64,000 bases of DNA from assembly GCA_951406725.2 (NCBI GenBank), contig OX597823.1:117986001-118050000 (forward strand). Direction: 5' to 3'. The translations under genes were made by a program, and so were the position numbers. Under the pieces are notes generated by a model. It saw nothing but the letters and a program-made list of their open reading frames with translations, made no database searches and was not told the origin of the DNA. The DNA is from Octopus vulgaris (taxonomy: Eukaryota). Positions 12,155-26,346 of this stretch are shown here, one piece after another; the stretch's first letter is position 1, and each line of letters opens with the position of its first letter.

Positions 12155-13304
12155 GTACGTCTACGTTTACAATTTTCTTGTTTATGTCAGCAGTAAGATA
12201 ATATGTTTCTGATGTCTTTGGGAAAAGTATGGCTATTTTATTTTGTGCTCCTTCTTTTAAAATGTAGGTCCATCTAAATCCATCTAAAATAAACAAATAT
12301 CATCAAGGATGGAGAAAAAGTAGAATATTGGACTAATATATTATTGTATTTACTTTTTAATATCCTGAGTTCAAACTTAGCTCAAGTTGACTTTGCCTCT
12401 CACCCTTTTGAAGTTGATAAAATAAATATTAGTTATATAATTATGCACTCAGGCTTGCCACCCTGACTTCATGTTACCTCACATTCTCCAGTAATTAATG
12501 TCTGTCAGAAAAGTATCAATGTCACTTAATTTTATTCTCCTCTCCTGTGTCAGTATCATTGTCAGTTGTGATCTGTGTTTCTTTAGATAGGTGTATGTAT
12601 AGCAATGTTGTTGAGATGTTGACTTTACAACCTGGATCCAAACCCACTGTATGTTACCTTGGGTAAATGACTTTTACTAAAGCCTTAGATTGACTAAAAC
12701 TTTGTGAGTGAAATTTAGTAGATGGAGATTGAAGAAACCTCTTGTATACTTATGGGTGTATACACATGTAAAATGGTGCATCAAGTTGCAACACTTTCCA
12801 TAAAAAGGAACTTGGCTCTTTGAGAAATAGAGATAATAAGTAACAGACTGAAATATGTACTGGGAGTCAATATGATTAACTAAACCTTTAAGTCAATGCT
12901 CCAGTATGACCACAGTTCAACAACTGAAACCAGTAACAGTAAACCAAAAAGAAAAAGAAAAACATAAATAATATCCAAATAGTCAACATGTTGCTCTTTT
13001 CACAGTTCATAGTTGGTTGAATCAACCCTGACAATATTTAATGTGTCTGAAGATGTATTGAGAAAAGAGCTGCTTCAGCCAGTGCAATGGGTTTGATTGT
13101 GTATTTCGAGTGAATACAATATGTATGATATAATGAGAGCTGAGCATGAAAGTTGACTCCAGCTCTAATGACATAAGAATATCATAAGTGAGAGAACAAA
13201 AAAAGGAAGAACTATCATGCTAGCATTAAAACAGTGATATAATATATACTTACATCTCACCGATTTACATGTTCAGATATACATGCGTTGACTGATTATT
13301 TCAG

Positions 13305-13435
13305 AAATTCATAAAGTGAAGAAAGAGATGCCTAAACAGAGGAATGTAAATCATTCAGAAGCATTTGACCCAATTCCTCCTGTTGCAAAAGAAATCAGCA
13401 CCAACACCTGGCTTTTATGTTTCGATGAATTTCAA
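13305..13435 (+). CDS. AFG1L: AFG1-like ATPase exon 5
   Basis: tttcag| IHKVKKEMPKQRNVNHSEAFDPIPPVAKEISTNTWLLCFDEFQ |gtaaga; Walker B LLCFDEFQ. Confidence 0.95.
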
Positions 13436-13780
13436 GTAAGACATCTTATTATTATTATTATTATTACCTTCAGACTAGTTGCTCTTTATTCCTCTCTGAC
13501 TACCATACTCTACCTTAGTTTTCATTTGACCTGCACCTTCTGCTTTTTCACTTCTCGTGGAAGCAATGTGTTCTACTGGTCAGAATGTCCATCTACTGCC
13601 AATGCAAAAAACTTAGTGTGCATGGGTGATGATGCACTAAAGCTATCTGTGTCAGGTAATGTGCCCCCATAAATCATCTCTTGAATAGCGCTGTAACCCT
13701 GCATTACCAAGGACTAAGATTGAGTGCTTGGCATCAGGAATATTGTCAAGTGCTCACAGTTCTCTACCAGTCAGATGATG

Positions 13781-14024
13781 CAGTGGTACTCAGCTGGAGT
13801 CCATATGGCCCTCAGGGGTCCAAATAAGATTTTGTTGGTAAAATTTATATCCAATTAATTGATTATAATTCTACAATGCATAAGATATTTTAACATTTTC
13901 TTATACAATTCCTTATAATATTTAAGTATTTAAATATAATGGGACTTTTAAGGTGTACCTGAGTAAAATAAAAATCAAAGAAATCAAAGGGGCCCATAGG
14001 TAAAAAAATGGTTGAGAACCACTG
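13781..14024. mobile_element. hAT-like MITE
   Basis: Imperfect TIRs cagtggtactcagc / gttgagaaccactg; no clear 8-bp TSD. Confidence 0.6.
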
Positions 14025-15987
14025 CTGTAGAGGATTATTGATTGAATAAGAGCATCAATGTTCTTAGGGAAGGACTAAGCATCAGCTCTTCCCTGCTGAA
14101 GAAGATATTCATCCCAGGGCTTTAAAAAACTTTCAGAAATCTCTGCTAGTGCTACAGAGAACATTGTCAGTTTGGAATAAACTTACAGGTATTGAAGTAC
14201 TGTCAGTCCATTCTATTTGTGTTGTGTGCAGAGCAATGGAACCATTCTGCATGCTTGTAATCAGTGTCTGATCACTGGTGACTTGTGATGTTACAGTGAA
14301 CTGCTGTTGTCATATGTGATGGATCCACTGGAAGCTTCAGTAGCAAGTATTCAGTTGTTTGATCAACTGAACGTCTGGCTCAATAAATCGATGTGTAATT
14401 GACTGAGTAAATCCACAAACCCATGTACTCTTAACATAGTTCCCAAGCTGAACCAGCATAACAATTTGATATGGTTGGATCCTTGAATTTCGGATGCAAT
14501 CCTTCCACCTGGCTTCTACTCAGTTTCCATCCTTCTAGATTCACTCAAAGAGACTTGGGTCAACCTGAGCTTATAGAATAGACACTTGCCCAAGATGTTA
14601 TGGAGTGGGATTAAACTTAGGATTTCATGATTGTGAAGTGAACTTCTTAACCACCCAACCTTGCCTGTGTCCATGTTCAACATTAGAAGCAACTTACTGT
14701 CTTTGGCCAAGAAGTGCAGCTAGTTTTATCCTGTCTGGTGGCCATGGTGAAAAAAACTGTACAGTGAACATGACTGAAAGACCAGAGGAAAGATACTTTG
14801 CTCTTCAGCCAAGCCTTCGTTAATTTCAACATCTACTTGAAGTGGAAAGCAAGGAAGTTGCAGCCCTCCAGTGGACTGGCTGAAACACTGTTGTCATTTA
14901 GCCCTAGCTCATCTCTAAATAAGCAGTCCTCGGCATTCCAACATCCCGTGATCATTGTCATCCTGTTTTTCCTTTGTACAGGGAACTCAAATGCACATTA
15001 TCTAATGTGTCCCTATCTAAGATAGTAGGGTGTGATTTGAGAATTTATTGCTATTGTAACCATTTAAAGACTTCTGGGTGAGATTGATATGAACTGATTG
15101 TGTAAATAGCCTTAATTTCAGAACATGTCTGGAGGCCAGAGATCATCACAGTAGTTCAGATAATCCAGGTTCTGTAAGCTTCTTTGATTGGCCCTTAGGT
15201 GGTAATCCCCCTATTGGGCTGTCACATTTCATTTTTTTGTATACTGTTTTCCATGTATATCTCTTTCATGATTGATTCTGCAAAAATCTGCACTTCTTTG
15301 CAATTTGTCATTACAGTCTTTCCTCTCATCCATCACCCTTGTTGCAAATGCAATAATTATTATCATCACCATAAAAAAAAAATGCAGCAACAGAAACAGT
15401 AGAAGAAATGGTTTTCATTGTTTAGTGTTGTCCTTTATGTTCTGAGTTCAAATTTATCCTTGTCTAACATTGTCTTCCATCCCTCTAAGGTCAATAAAAT
15501 AAATACTTGGGGTATATTGTAGTTGATTTAATCAACTCCTCTAGTCTCTTGTATTAATTGTAAATAATCAGCATTTTTTTATTGCACTAATTTCACGAGG
15601 AAAAGAGAGCAAAGGGCTAAACATGCTCAGACCCTCTGAGTTCAAATTTCAATCAGCTTTGTCTTTCATCTTTCCACGGTGTCCTCCTTCCTACGTAACT
15701 TGGCCTTATGCTAGCATAAGAAACCATTATATGCTCCCTTAACATTTCCTTGAATTCTACTCACATTGCTGAAGTCCTTAGAAAAATATTTGGACATCAT
15801 AGATTGTGAATGAAATCAAATACTGAAAGAGTAAAAACAATAACAACATAATGCAAAGTTGATTAAATTTGAAATTTTCCTTGTTATTAAATCTGACTTT
15901 GATATCTTTGTGTTTGGCATCACATTTTCATCCTTCTAATCTCCAGTTGGTTTATAATGCCATATACTTACACACACATGCGTATGC

Positions 15988-16020
<33 letters not shown>

Positions 16021-16229
16021 TCCCTAAATTAGATGTTTAGAATCAAGACTTTAACTTATACAAAGTTTACTGTATGTATAAATATAAGTATAAGCTTATT
16101 ATTAAACTGTCTAGGAGAATCCACACAAATCTTGAGCACTGCTTCTCCTTTTCTTCCCATTTTGTATCCCACTCCACACTGCACCCACAAGGTAAATCTC
16201 CTCTCCATCTATTCCTTTCCACTGCATTA

Positions 16230-17750
16230 AAGTGTGAAAGTACCTCTGCTTGCTCAAAACTAATAAGGTCACCAGCCTTTAAAATATCCTGCTATTATCC
16301 TCAAACAATGTGCCCCAGAGCAAGTACCTATTCTCACCAAACTCTTCACATTCTATTTTTTCCACAGAAATATATCTCAGTTTTTAGAAATATGCCACAG
16401 TATGTCCCATTTCTAAAAAGTGCAATCCCACTGACCCAGCTTATCACCCGACATCTCCAAAAGGAGAGACAATCCATTAACAACTTTTTCCATCATCTAA
16501 ATCTGTCTCCTTTAATGAACACCAGTACAGCTTTTGTAAAGCCAAATCTACAGGAGACACACACTCCTATGTCACTTATCAATGGACTCTTGCCCTTGAA
16601 AAAATTTGGTGAAAGTACTATTGTTACCCTTCAACATTTGCAAAGCTTTCAACCCTGTCTGGCAGGAGCTCCATCTGTTGGATTGATCACTTCCTGTCAA
16701 CTTGTACTATCATGGCATGTGCTGATGAAACTCTCCTTGACCTACACTCTATCAATTCTGGTGTGGTCCATGGTTCAGTTTTGTCTTCCATTTTTTTCCT
16801 CCTATACATCAATGACATGCTTATCATCATCCTCAGCAATGCATGCTCCATCACAAATGGTACTACCATTCATTCCCGTCTATCTTTCCACACACTAGTA
16901 TCATTCACATGCAACTTAAGCATCTCTTGCCAAATCTACATTTAGTCCACAAATAGAAACTTCAAAATTATCCTTCAATGCGGTCATTCAAATCTTGTCT
17001 CCTGTGACAGCAAAAAGACCCAATCACTAACGTTATCAAGAAGACATTATCGCATCTCTCCCTCCCTAAACATGAACAACATGCAAATAAAACCCACATG
17101 ATCACTTGAAATTGACAAGCCTTATTATAACCGAGGATCGTTGCTGGTAAACACACACCTTCGGCATTACAAAGTTAGCATCTCAAAGACTGAACTCCTT
17201 CAGACTCAGAAAATACTTCTGTTCCACAGTAACTACTGACCCTCTCTAAAGATCATTTGAGACTCACAATGGAATACTCCTCCTACATCGGTTATGCTGC
17301 TGCTATACACTCAGACATCCTAGTTTACATCCAAAAAAGGCTTGTAAAGTGATTAAATGTGATTTAGGTTTGAAATTGCACACAAATATTTGAGTCTCAG
17401 ACTAGCAGAAATGTTGTCTCTTCTTTCTGCTTTTTCTACTGCTACTGTTGTCGCCTCTGTTCCTAGTCTCATCTTCTCTCCTCTCAGGTATTCTTGACTC
17501 ACTTGCCTCCTGTCTTACCATTGCCCAAATTATGCACCACCATCCCCAGGCTCCACACAAACCACTATATCCAGCCTGTCCTAAGAAGATCAACCCTTTG
17601 GAATTCTTTTGTTACATATGTTTCTCTCACTTCCCTCAAAACGCAGCTGTTTAATAAAACATTAATGGCCCCAATCTCACTTGTCTCAGAGGGCCTATGA
17701 AGACCAGGAATGCAGTTCATTTCTCAAGGAATGACCAATAAGAAAAGAAG
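16230..17750 (+). mobile_element. Highly decayed LINE (CR1/L2-group-like RT remnant)
   Basis: INSGVVHGSVLSSIFFLLYINDM resembles RT motif GVPQGSVLSP.LF.LYINDL; many frameshifts; limits approximate. Confidence 0.6.
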
Positions 17751-17805
17751 AAGACAAATACTACATTACATAAAATACTAAATAAACCATTTTTAACAAT
17801 TTCAG

Positions 17806-17905
17806 GTGACTGATATTGCAGATGCTATGATCTTGAAGAGTTTGTTTACTGAACTTTTCAATAATGGAATTGTTGTAGTTGCTACTTCCAATCGACCTCC
17901 AGACG
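17806..17905 (+). CDS. AFG1L: AFG1-like ATPase exon 6
   Basis: tttcag| [33 protein letters not shown] |gtacgt; hallmark [10 protein letters not shown] and ATSNR.P. Confidence 0.96.
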
Positions 17906-19126
17906 GTACGTCAGAAAACAAATGCATTGGAACTGAGTTTTACATTTTTTCCTAATTTTATTTATTTTTCTTTGTTTAACATTTTTGTTACTACCATATT
18001 TCTGTTGGCAGACCTTATCTTTACCTCAATTAATTTTGAAAATAATGAAGTATTTAGTAAAATAGTTTTGTCATTATTAACTGGTGTTTGGACCATAATT
18101 TAACACTGAGTTCTGACAGAGGGTTTTAATTCAGAACTCTTTAAAAACAAAATGTTTGTGCCACAGAGCCAAGGGTGGTCTCAGGCAGGTTGATATCAAA
18201 AGGGTTAATTATAAAGGATGATGTGAACACATTCAAAACTAGGATTTGAATTGCTAGGTTGACAGGCAGTTGTTTGATTGACTGTTTTATGACTAATTAG
18301 AGGTGGATAGTTCATACCTTATCACCAGCGCTATGATGGTTGTCAATGTTATAGTTTTAAGAAAATTTTGGAAACCTGCATATTGAAGAAATTATCCTCA
18401 TCAAATGTTTAGAACTGCCAAGTAACACTGTAATTAACTTTTAGAATTTCAACATGTTATTTCATCTGCCTTTATGTTCTGAGTTCAAATTCTGCCTGGG
18501 TCGACTTTGCCTTTCATCCTTTTGGGGTTGATAAATTAAGTACCAGTTCCATACTGGGGTTGATCTAATCAACTGGCCCCCTCCCCCAAAATTTCGGACC
18601 TTGTGCCTAGAATAGAAAAGAATTTCAACATGTTATGAATTAATTTACTCTTCCTACATCACTTTTTGATGTTCATTTCTGACCATTTTAACAATTCATC
18701 ATCATTGTTTAACATCTACTTTCCATACCGGCATGGGTTGGAGGGTTTGACATGGAGCCAGTCAGTTGGGAGCTCTCCAGACTTCAATTGTCTGTTGTGG
18801 CATGGTTTCTACAGATGGATGCCCTTCCTAACACCAACCACTTGACAGGGTGTGCTGGGTGCCTTTTACATGCCACTGGCACAAGTGCATTTATGCAGGG
18901 TGTGTTTACGCAGCACCAGCACAGGTGCTTTTTGTGTAGTATTGGCACCTGAAAGGACAATCCTGTTAGAAGAACAAACCTGCCCTCGTTAAATACATAA
19001 TACTGAATTGATTTCATTTTCCTTTTCTTTCTATAGTGTATGGTTTGTGTGTGTGCGCATGCATCTCTGTTCAATATGTATTAGTTTTTTTATATTTCTC
19101 ATTATTTGACATTATTCTTCTTACAG

Positions 19127-19185
19127 ATCTTTATAAAAATGGACTTCAACGAGCTAATTTTGTACCATTTATTGATATATTAAAG
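19127..19185 (+). CDS. AFG1L: AFG1-like ATPase exon 7
   Basis: ttacag| (D)LYKNGLQRANFVPFIDILK |gtaaac; hallmark LYKNGLQR..F.PFI. Confidence 0.96.
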
Positions 19186-19490
19186 GTAAACAACATACAA
19201 TTGATCTTTCCATATTTTACTTTAAAAAAGATGTAAGAATTCTTTTTTCAAATCATGCCTGATACGATATAAATGGTTACACTTTCTATTTTAAGGAAGG
19301 TAATGATGAGTGCTTTATTGAATACTTTACAGTGTTTAGTTTTGCCCAACTAGTTTCTTAATCCCACCAAGGTCAACTTACCTTTCACCTCTACAGGATT
19401 GATAAAATAGTGTATCAGCCTAGTAGTAGGGAGGATGTCATCAAGTAACCTCTTCCACTCAGAATTGGTAGTCTTGTACTTGAATCAGAA

Positions 19491-19826
19491 AGCGCATGGC
19501 TCAGTGGTTAGAGCGTCAAGCTTACAATCATGAGGTTGTGAGTTTGAATCCCGGACCAGGCTGCGTGCTGTGTTCTTGAGCAAGACACTTTATTTCACGT
19601 TGCTCCACTTCACTCAGCTGTAGAAATGAGTTGCTACGTCACAGGTGCCAAGCTGTATCGGCCCCTGCTTTTCCCTTGGATAACACTGGTGGCATGGAGA
19701 GGGGAGGCCGGCATGCGTGGGCAACTGCGGGTCTTCCATAAACAACCTTGCCCGGACTTGTGCCTGGGAGGGTAACTTTCTAGGTGCAATCCCATGGTCA
19801 GTGTCCTGACCGAAGGGGGTCTCAGA
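19491..19826 (+). mobile_element. tRNA-derived SINE, family C, full length with TSD
   Basis: A-box tggctcagtgg, B-box-like gagtttgaatccc; flanks tacttgaatcag (19477-19488) / tacttaaatcag (19827-19838). Confidence 0.8.
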
Positions 19827-20060
19827 TACTTAAATCAGGAGGAGGAGATGGTGAGCTGGCAAAATTGTTAACATGCCATGCAAAATGCTGCTAAGCATTT
19901 TGTCTGTTTTTACGTTCTGAGTTCAAATGTTGTCAAGGTTGACTTTGCGTTTCATTGTCTCGGGGATGATAAAATAAGTACTGGAGTCAATGTAGTCGAC
20001 TTAACCCCACCCCTAAAACTGCTGGCCTTGTGCCAAAATTTGAAGCTATTATTTTTATTA

Positions 20061-20765
20061 CTAGCTGACATATCTGGTAATTCCCTGGAAAGCAGGGCTT
20101 ATCCCTTGGTTCCATTCTCATAATTGTTTTGCTAATCCAATAATAACAATATAAAGTATGTAGCCCTTAAAATGGTTTTTGTGCATTTTCAGAGACTACC
20201 AAACTGTCTTACACAGGACCTTGTTTTTAGGAATTCCCAATATATTATGAATACCCAAATTGTGAAGTCAATTATGTAATAACATGAACTTAGTTACCCG
20301 ATAGTAAGAATGCAACTAAAGTAGCCCCGAAAAGGGCTTTAATGCATTCCCAGAGTATATAGAAACTAGGAGGAAATACTAATAAGGTATGTGTACTAAA
20401 ATCGGGAAGCATGTTACGTAATAACAGGCTAATCATATATGAAATAATAACAATTCAAAGTAAATAACTCTGAAAAGGGCTTTTGTGCATTCCCAGAAAA
20501 TATTACCCTCAGCGGCGCAAGTGTTGGTATATTCATGAATAAATCACTAACTGAAATAAGTGGATCTATTGCTTAGGAAAATACTTGTTTAAGAGTTGTA
20601 CTGGATAAATTGCGAAAATAACTCTAACAGTTCAAATACTAAGAAATAAGCAAACTCAATTTGATTTATGCCAAATGATTTAGGAAAACGAATGGGTTAT
20701 TTCCCTTGGCTGTTAAAATCTGGGCGAATGGGTTATTTCCCTTGCTTGTTAAAATGAAATATATC
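20061..20765 (-). mobile_element. Helitron-like element with internal subrepeats
   Basis: a|ctag terminus at 20061; three copies of aa.gg.ttt..tgcatt..cag and two of cgaatgggttatttcccttg..tgttaaaat; other end unclear. Confidence 0.4.
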
Positions 20766-20934
20766 TAATATCCCACCAAAGTCAACTTTGGGCTTGATGA
20801 AATAAAGGACTAATTAAGTACTAGAGTTGATGATGTCAACTAAGCACATCCCTTCAAAATTGCTGGCCTTGTGCCAAAATGTGAACCAGTTATTGTTGTT
20901 GTTCTCATTGTTATTAACTTAACTTGCATTCTGT

Positions 20935-21205
20935 CAGTTATGACAATGGGGGTTTCGGTTGATCCTTTGCTTGTGAAATTAACATGCAAACAGCTCAGCA
21001 CTCCACAGACACACATACCCTTAACGTAGTTCTCAGGGAGATTCAATGCAACACAGAATGTGACAAGTCTTGCCCTTTGAAATACTAGTACTACTCATTT
21101 TTGCCAACTGAGTGGATTGAGCAACAAGGACACAAAAAACAGCTGGGATTCGAATTCATGAGCACACAATTTGAACTAAATACTCCAACCATTAAGCCAT
21201 GCGCA
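20935..21205 (-). mobile_element. tRNA-derived SINE (C-related head, different tail)
   Basis: cttaacgtagttctcagggagattcaatg...ccctttgaaata; matching copy at ~57720-58010. Confidence 0.65.
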
Positions 21206-21689
21206 TTGTTTTTACTATTATTGCAAGTTGATAGAGACAGTAGAGTGCCTTAAATTTTATAAGGGAAGCGATATAGTTGTATTTGAATCAACCTGAATAT
21301 ATTACTGGAACTCATTTTATAGGATTTGAACTCAGAAGGGGTGAATTGAAATTGACTACTGTAAGGTATTTCATCCCTTATTTCTTCCAACTTCATATGT
21401 TAGAATACGGATTTCTTACATTTTCACAATACCATATATACTTCCACCCTTGTGTGTCTATTACTTATTTAACATACCTCATGGAACGACAAGTAAAATT
21501 TTAACATTAGCAAGATTTTGATTTAAATGATTGTGTGTAAATGTCATGTAGTCCATTGCTCTATTGTTTGTACTATGTTACTGTCATCGTGTGTCATAAT
21601 ATTGACAATTAATACAACAACAAATCACACTTCAAATGTTGTTCCATTCATCATAATTTTTCACACTTTTAAACATTTGTTTTTCACAG

Positions 21690-21772
21690 GATTTTTGTTA
21701 TGTATTGTGTCTGGACTCAGGTATAGACTACCGAATGAAGCAATTGATTACTGAAGGGAAGACTTATTTTTT
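21690..21772 (+). CDS. AFG1L: AFG1-like ATPase exon 8
   Basis: tcacag| DFCYVLCLDSGIDYRMKQLITEGKTYF(L) |gtacgt; LDSG.DYR motif; phase 0 to 2. Confidence 0.93.
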
Positions 21773-22431
21773 GTACGTAATATCATCTTATTCAATTCTA
21801 TAGAGTATGGTGACTAGATTTAGACTGAAGCAAATATTTTATACCAATGTTGAGTTTTTCTGTTCATTTTCCTTTATTAAATTAAAATGTTGTTTCAGTT
21901 TTGAGCTCACTCCATGAGACCTTTGGTAAGTATCTTTTACTACATCCATGGATCAACTAAGACCTTGCGAGTTAAACTGGGTAGACAGAATTTGTTCTTG
22001 GGAAACATAATTAATTCATTGCCTAGCTGAACAACTATAAGTGCTTTTAGTGGAATCCACTGGGCTGATTGAGGCTGGGTGTTGTGTCTGAGGATCACTT
22101 TCTTTCTTCCATTAGTCACAGAGGAAGAGAAGTGCCATTAACTCTAAAAAGGGTTATGAGTGCTTCCCTTCCTCCTCTAAGTGCATTATCTAAAAATCGA
22201 TCTCTTTGTTGACTTTTATAAATATAGCCCTATAATTCATCTTGTCAAATCAAGTTCTTTTGACATAATTTTTATGAGATGTAAGGATAAAATGGTGGAG
22301 TACTTCCAACTCCTGGGTTGGGAGTTCATATCACCTTGTGGAAGTGTTTGATCTCTAGCAAATAAGTTAAAGTAATTTTTTTTTTAGAAACACAAGAATC
22401 CAGTACTTATATTCAGTTTCTGTGACATTAA

Positions 22432-22631
22432 CCCTTTCATTACTGTATTTTTTGGGGGATGCTCTGTGTTTCTTTCAATTACTTTAAATATAACAAAGAA
22501 TTTAGTAAAATAACTTAGTTATCATTAAGCTAGTGTTAGGAACATAAATTGTGACTAAGGTTTGGTGGAAGATTTTAATTCAAAACTTAGGAAAACAAGA
22601 GCTGGTTTCAGCTGGGTTGGTAACGAAAGGG
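22432..22631. mobile_element. piggyBac-like MITE, copy 1
   Basis: TTAA|ccctttcattac...gtaacgaaaggg|TTAA. Confidence 0.8.
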
Positions 22632-23790
22632 TTAAACAAATGGGAGGAAAAATCCTCCTCATCCTCTAGATTGGCTGTTGGGTTGTGATTAGTAGCTTCT
22701 CTATGGACAAGGCATACACTGTATTTACCAGCATATAAAACACACTCTTCCTTATGCCACACCCCTTTTTTACAAGTGTATTTTGTGGAAAAACAACCAA
22801 ATTTAGTATGCTTCATCATACATTTATTGAATGATATTTTAAAGTAATTTTGTTGCAATGGGGAATATATGATTTTATGCATGTAAATACAATATGGTGG
22901 CATTACATTGGAATAAAGAATGAAACAATGAATTTATCATCAGTGAATTGCATTATAAGAGTTCCATATTTCAACTTTATTTTCCTTTACATCAACTGAG
23001 TATAGTTGTTTATATTTTGATCAAGAGAATTGTCATACAGATTGTAAAGCTCATTTTTTGGCTATGATATTTTGTGTAACTGTGATCAACCATCAAGGTG
23101 ATGCACCACAGCTATGATTTTGTTGTCATCCACTTGTTGGTAATAGCTAACAGGCAGATGAAAATTTAACTTTCTTTTCATTTTTCTGGGAGAAATTCTT
23201 ATTTAGGTAGCTAAAAAATGTTTATTAAAGGTATCAGAGTCTTTCAATAATGTAAGACTTATCAGACATGGATTATGTATGCTAAGGAAGTGGGTGTAAT
23301 GAGATGATGGGAACTCACCACATAACTATGATGTACTGTAGGCAATTTTTCATAAGTTTGTGTTAACAAGTCTGTGATAATTTGACTATCATCAATGTTT
23401 TACTATTAGTAACAATTATTATACCTAGTGGACTTCCATTTTTCTTGTCTATGGTGCTCAGTCACCCTTCTGAAATATGGCCACATTAGACATGGGGTAA
23501 TTTTTGGATCATTTAAAAAAAATGTGCATTTTATACATCAGTAAACATATGAACTTAGATTGCTTCAACCTATTTTGCTGACAGATAGGTTCCACTTCTA
23601 ATTTGTATTGTGTGGCTAATGGTAGAAACAACTCTTACTTCAAAAGTAGTTAATAATTACTTCAGTGATATGATGGTGCTTAAGTCTTCTTAACTAATTG
23701 CACTTTTTATATAATATGGAAAATTGGAAGTTAAAAAGAAGTAAAAAGGAAAACCTGATGACTATAAAGAAATTTCTTTTGATTTTATAG

Positions 23791-23861
23791 AACCACAGAA
23801 GCTGATTGTGAAACAAAAGTGGATGAAGTATTCAGTTCTTTGTGTGAGTCTCAGAAATCTG
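23791..23861 (+). CDS. AFG1L: AFG1-like ATPase exon 9
   Basis: ttatag| TTEADCETKVDEVFSSLCESQKS |gtaagt; phase 2 to 1 bridges exons 8 and 10 exactly. Confidence 0.88.
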
Positions 23862-24079
23862 GTAAGTCTTTGAGTAATCACATGCAGTTTAATTTAAACA
23901 CATTTATGATCTAGTCCCTAGATAGACTAAGACAGGTTGTAGCAAGTGTTATGTTATTCTTGATCTGTTTACTCAACTACTTTTAAATCAAGACATTGTA
24001 TGTTTGTTCTTAATCTATAACAAAATTTTAACTTTCAAGTTCTCAGAAAGTATCATTTCAAGCAGACGATGTACTTTAA

Positions 24080-24299
24080 CCCTTTCGTTACTCTATTTAT
24101 TTTGGGATGCTCTGTGTTTCTTTCAATTATTTTAAATATAACAAAGAATTTAGTTAAATAACTTAGTTACCATTCAGCTAGTGTTAGGTACATAAATTGT
24201 GACTAAGGTTTGGTGGAAGATTTTAATTCAAAACTTAGGAAAACAAGACATTTGTACTCAAAGCCAGAGCTGGTTTCAGCCAGGTAGGTAACGAAAGGG
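24080..24299. mobile_element. piggyBac-like MITE, copy 2
   Basis: TTAA|ccctttcgttac...gtaacgaaaggg|TTAA; close match to 22432-22631 in the same orientation. Confidence 0.8.
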
Positions 24300-25338
24300 T
24301 TAAAATTGCCAAGTTATTTGTTGGTCTACAGTGCTTTGTATAGTCTGAGAGGAAATCTAACATTAATTGACCAGCAGTTTGCTCAGGAAAAATTTGTTTC
24401 TCTTCTCTTTAACTTCACAAAAAGCTGAGATAGGTATTGTGAATGATTTTAAAAAAGATTTCTTTAATACTAGTTTATGAAATGCAACTTTTTAAGAATT
24501 TTTCTTGCATTTTTAATACACCATTCCACAAAAGATAAATTTTTTTGTGGAATATGTTTCTACATTATGCTAATTAATTTATGAATAATTGCCAAGCATT
24601 TCATACAAATCAAGTACACCAGATACACTTTGCTACAGTCTATTGATAAAGCACCAGAAAAAGAAAAAATGTCTTATGGTATTTAGTTATATCCATTTAT
24701 GTTAGTTTAATCAGCTACCCCCGCCACCAAATTTGTGGATTTGTGTGTATGTTAAAAATCAACCTTATTAATACTGGTGGCAAGCTAGCAGAACCATTAT
24801 CATGTTGGACAAAATACTTAGTGGCATTTTTCTGACTCTGAGCTTTTGTCTTTCAGGGTTTATGAAATAAGTACCATTTGAGTACTGGACTTGATGTAAT
24901 CGACACTCTCCACACCCACTAAAATTTCAGGCCTTATGCCCATAGTAGAAAGGATTATTAACACTAGTGTTTTGCTGAAGATTGGGTCCTTGGATATACA
25001 TGTACCTCATTTACTAATTCTCACTAAACTTCCTGATAGGTGTTTAGAATATGAAGGTACTTCAAAAAAAAAAAGTACCAATTATCTCAATCAGTAAAAT
25101 AAATTATGTAATTATGTGGTCTAATGGATAAGAACAAAACTACAGTCACTGAAATGAAGGTAATTATCACAAGTGCAAGTTGATATTGTCTCTGATTTCA
25201 AATATTCTCCTCATTTGTTATTTACTACTTGAATGAGTATGAATAAGGTGTTACCCTAATCACGGTTTTATCTGAGGTGGTGTTTAATTCACAGAAGCCT
25301 AAGTTTTGAATTCTATTGCTTTTATATTTAAAATAATT

Positions 25339-26170
25339 ATAATAATAATAATAATAATAATAATGAAATTATTGTATACAGTGCTCAGGTGCACCACAAC
25401 TTGTCAGAGTATATGCAGTAATGTACAAATGTCTGGAAAGCAAACAATGCATGAGTCAGATACATGCTTGTGTGTGTATGGAGGGGAGAAAATCAGGTGT
25501 AGTGTTGGCGAATCTCAGAAAGCATGGAAGTTTTGAAGGATGCAGTGCTCCGACAACTAACAACTGATGCCGGCAGTTTGTTCCATGCTTCAGCAACTCT
25601 CAGCGTGAAAAAATGTTTCCGAAAGTCATGGGAGCTGTGCTGTTTTCTGACTTTGTAAATATGTCCACGGGTGTTAGATAGGTGGAGTTTGAAAAGGTGC
25701 TCAGAGTTATTGTTTGTACGATGGTTGATAATTTTATGGGTGTCTGCCAAGTCACCTGCCAGACGTCGGAGTTTCAATGTGTCCATGCCCAGGGAAGTAA
25801 GGCGTTCAGGATATGGCAAATGCCTGATGGCGGGTATTCTCTTGGTTGCACGTCGCTGAACGGCTTCCAGACGATCAATATCCTGTGCAAGATAGGGGTT
25901 CCAGACCGGTGATGCAAATTCCAGGTGAGGTCTTACCATAGCTATATAAAGTCGCAGATAGATAGTTGGAGAGCTGCTTACAAAGGATTTGGTGAGTGAT
26001 GCCAAGATACCCTCAGCCTTCTTGGCAATTTTAGCGATGTGTTTTGTCCAACGCAAATCACTGTCGACAATAACACCCAGGTCACGTTCACATGAAGACT
26101 TTTTGAGAATAGTGTTGTGGAGGGAGTAGGTGGACGCTGGGTTTCTCCTCCCAAAATAGTGACTGTTGCC
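25339..26170 (-). mobile_element. 5'-truncated CR1-type LINE with (ATT)n tail
   Basis: ORF 25493-26056: LY..MVRPHLEFASPVWNPY...LEAVQRRATK...TRGH; candidate TSD aaaataatt at 25330-25338 / 26171-26179. Confidence 0.9.
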
Positions 26171-26346
26171 AAAATAATTTTGATTGGTCAGGTAACATTT
26201 TAATGCTTCGCTGCTTTGTCACAAGTGTTATATGGACCAATCAGAGACTACTAATTTGTCAGCCTTTTTGCTACTTAGCATTCAGATTATTCTGTCAAAT
26301 GTTATGCTTATTTATTCACATTGTTTTGAATTAATTATGCATTATG

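Noticed and set aside
16074-16898. 274-aa ORF as a host gene
   Set aside because: Overlaps a decayed LINE whose RT motif is in another frame; no coherent protein features
19491-19560. tRNA-like sequences (also 40987, 3064)
   Set aside because: A/B boxes continue into SINE bodies present in multiple copies; no complete cloverleaf seen
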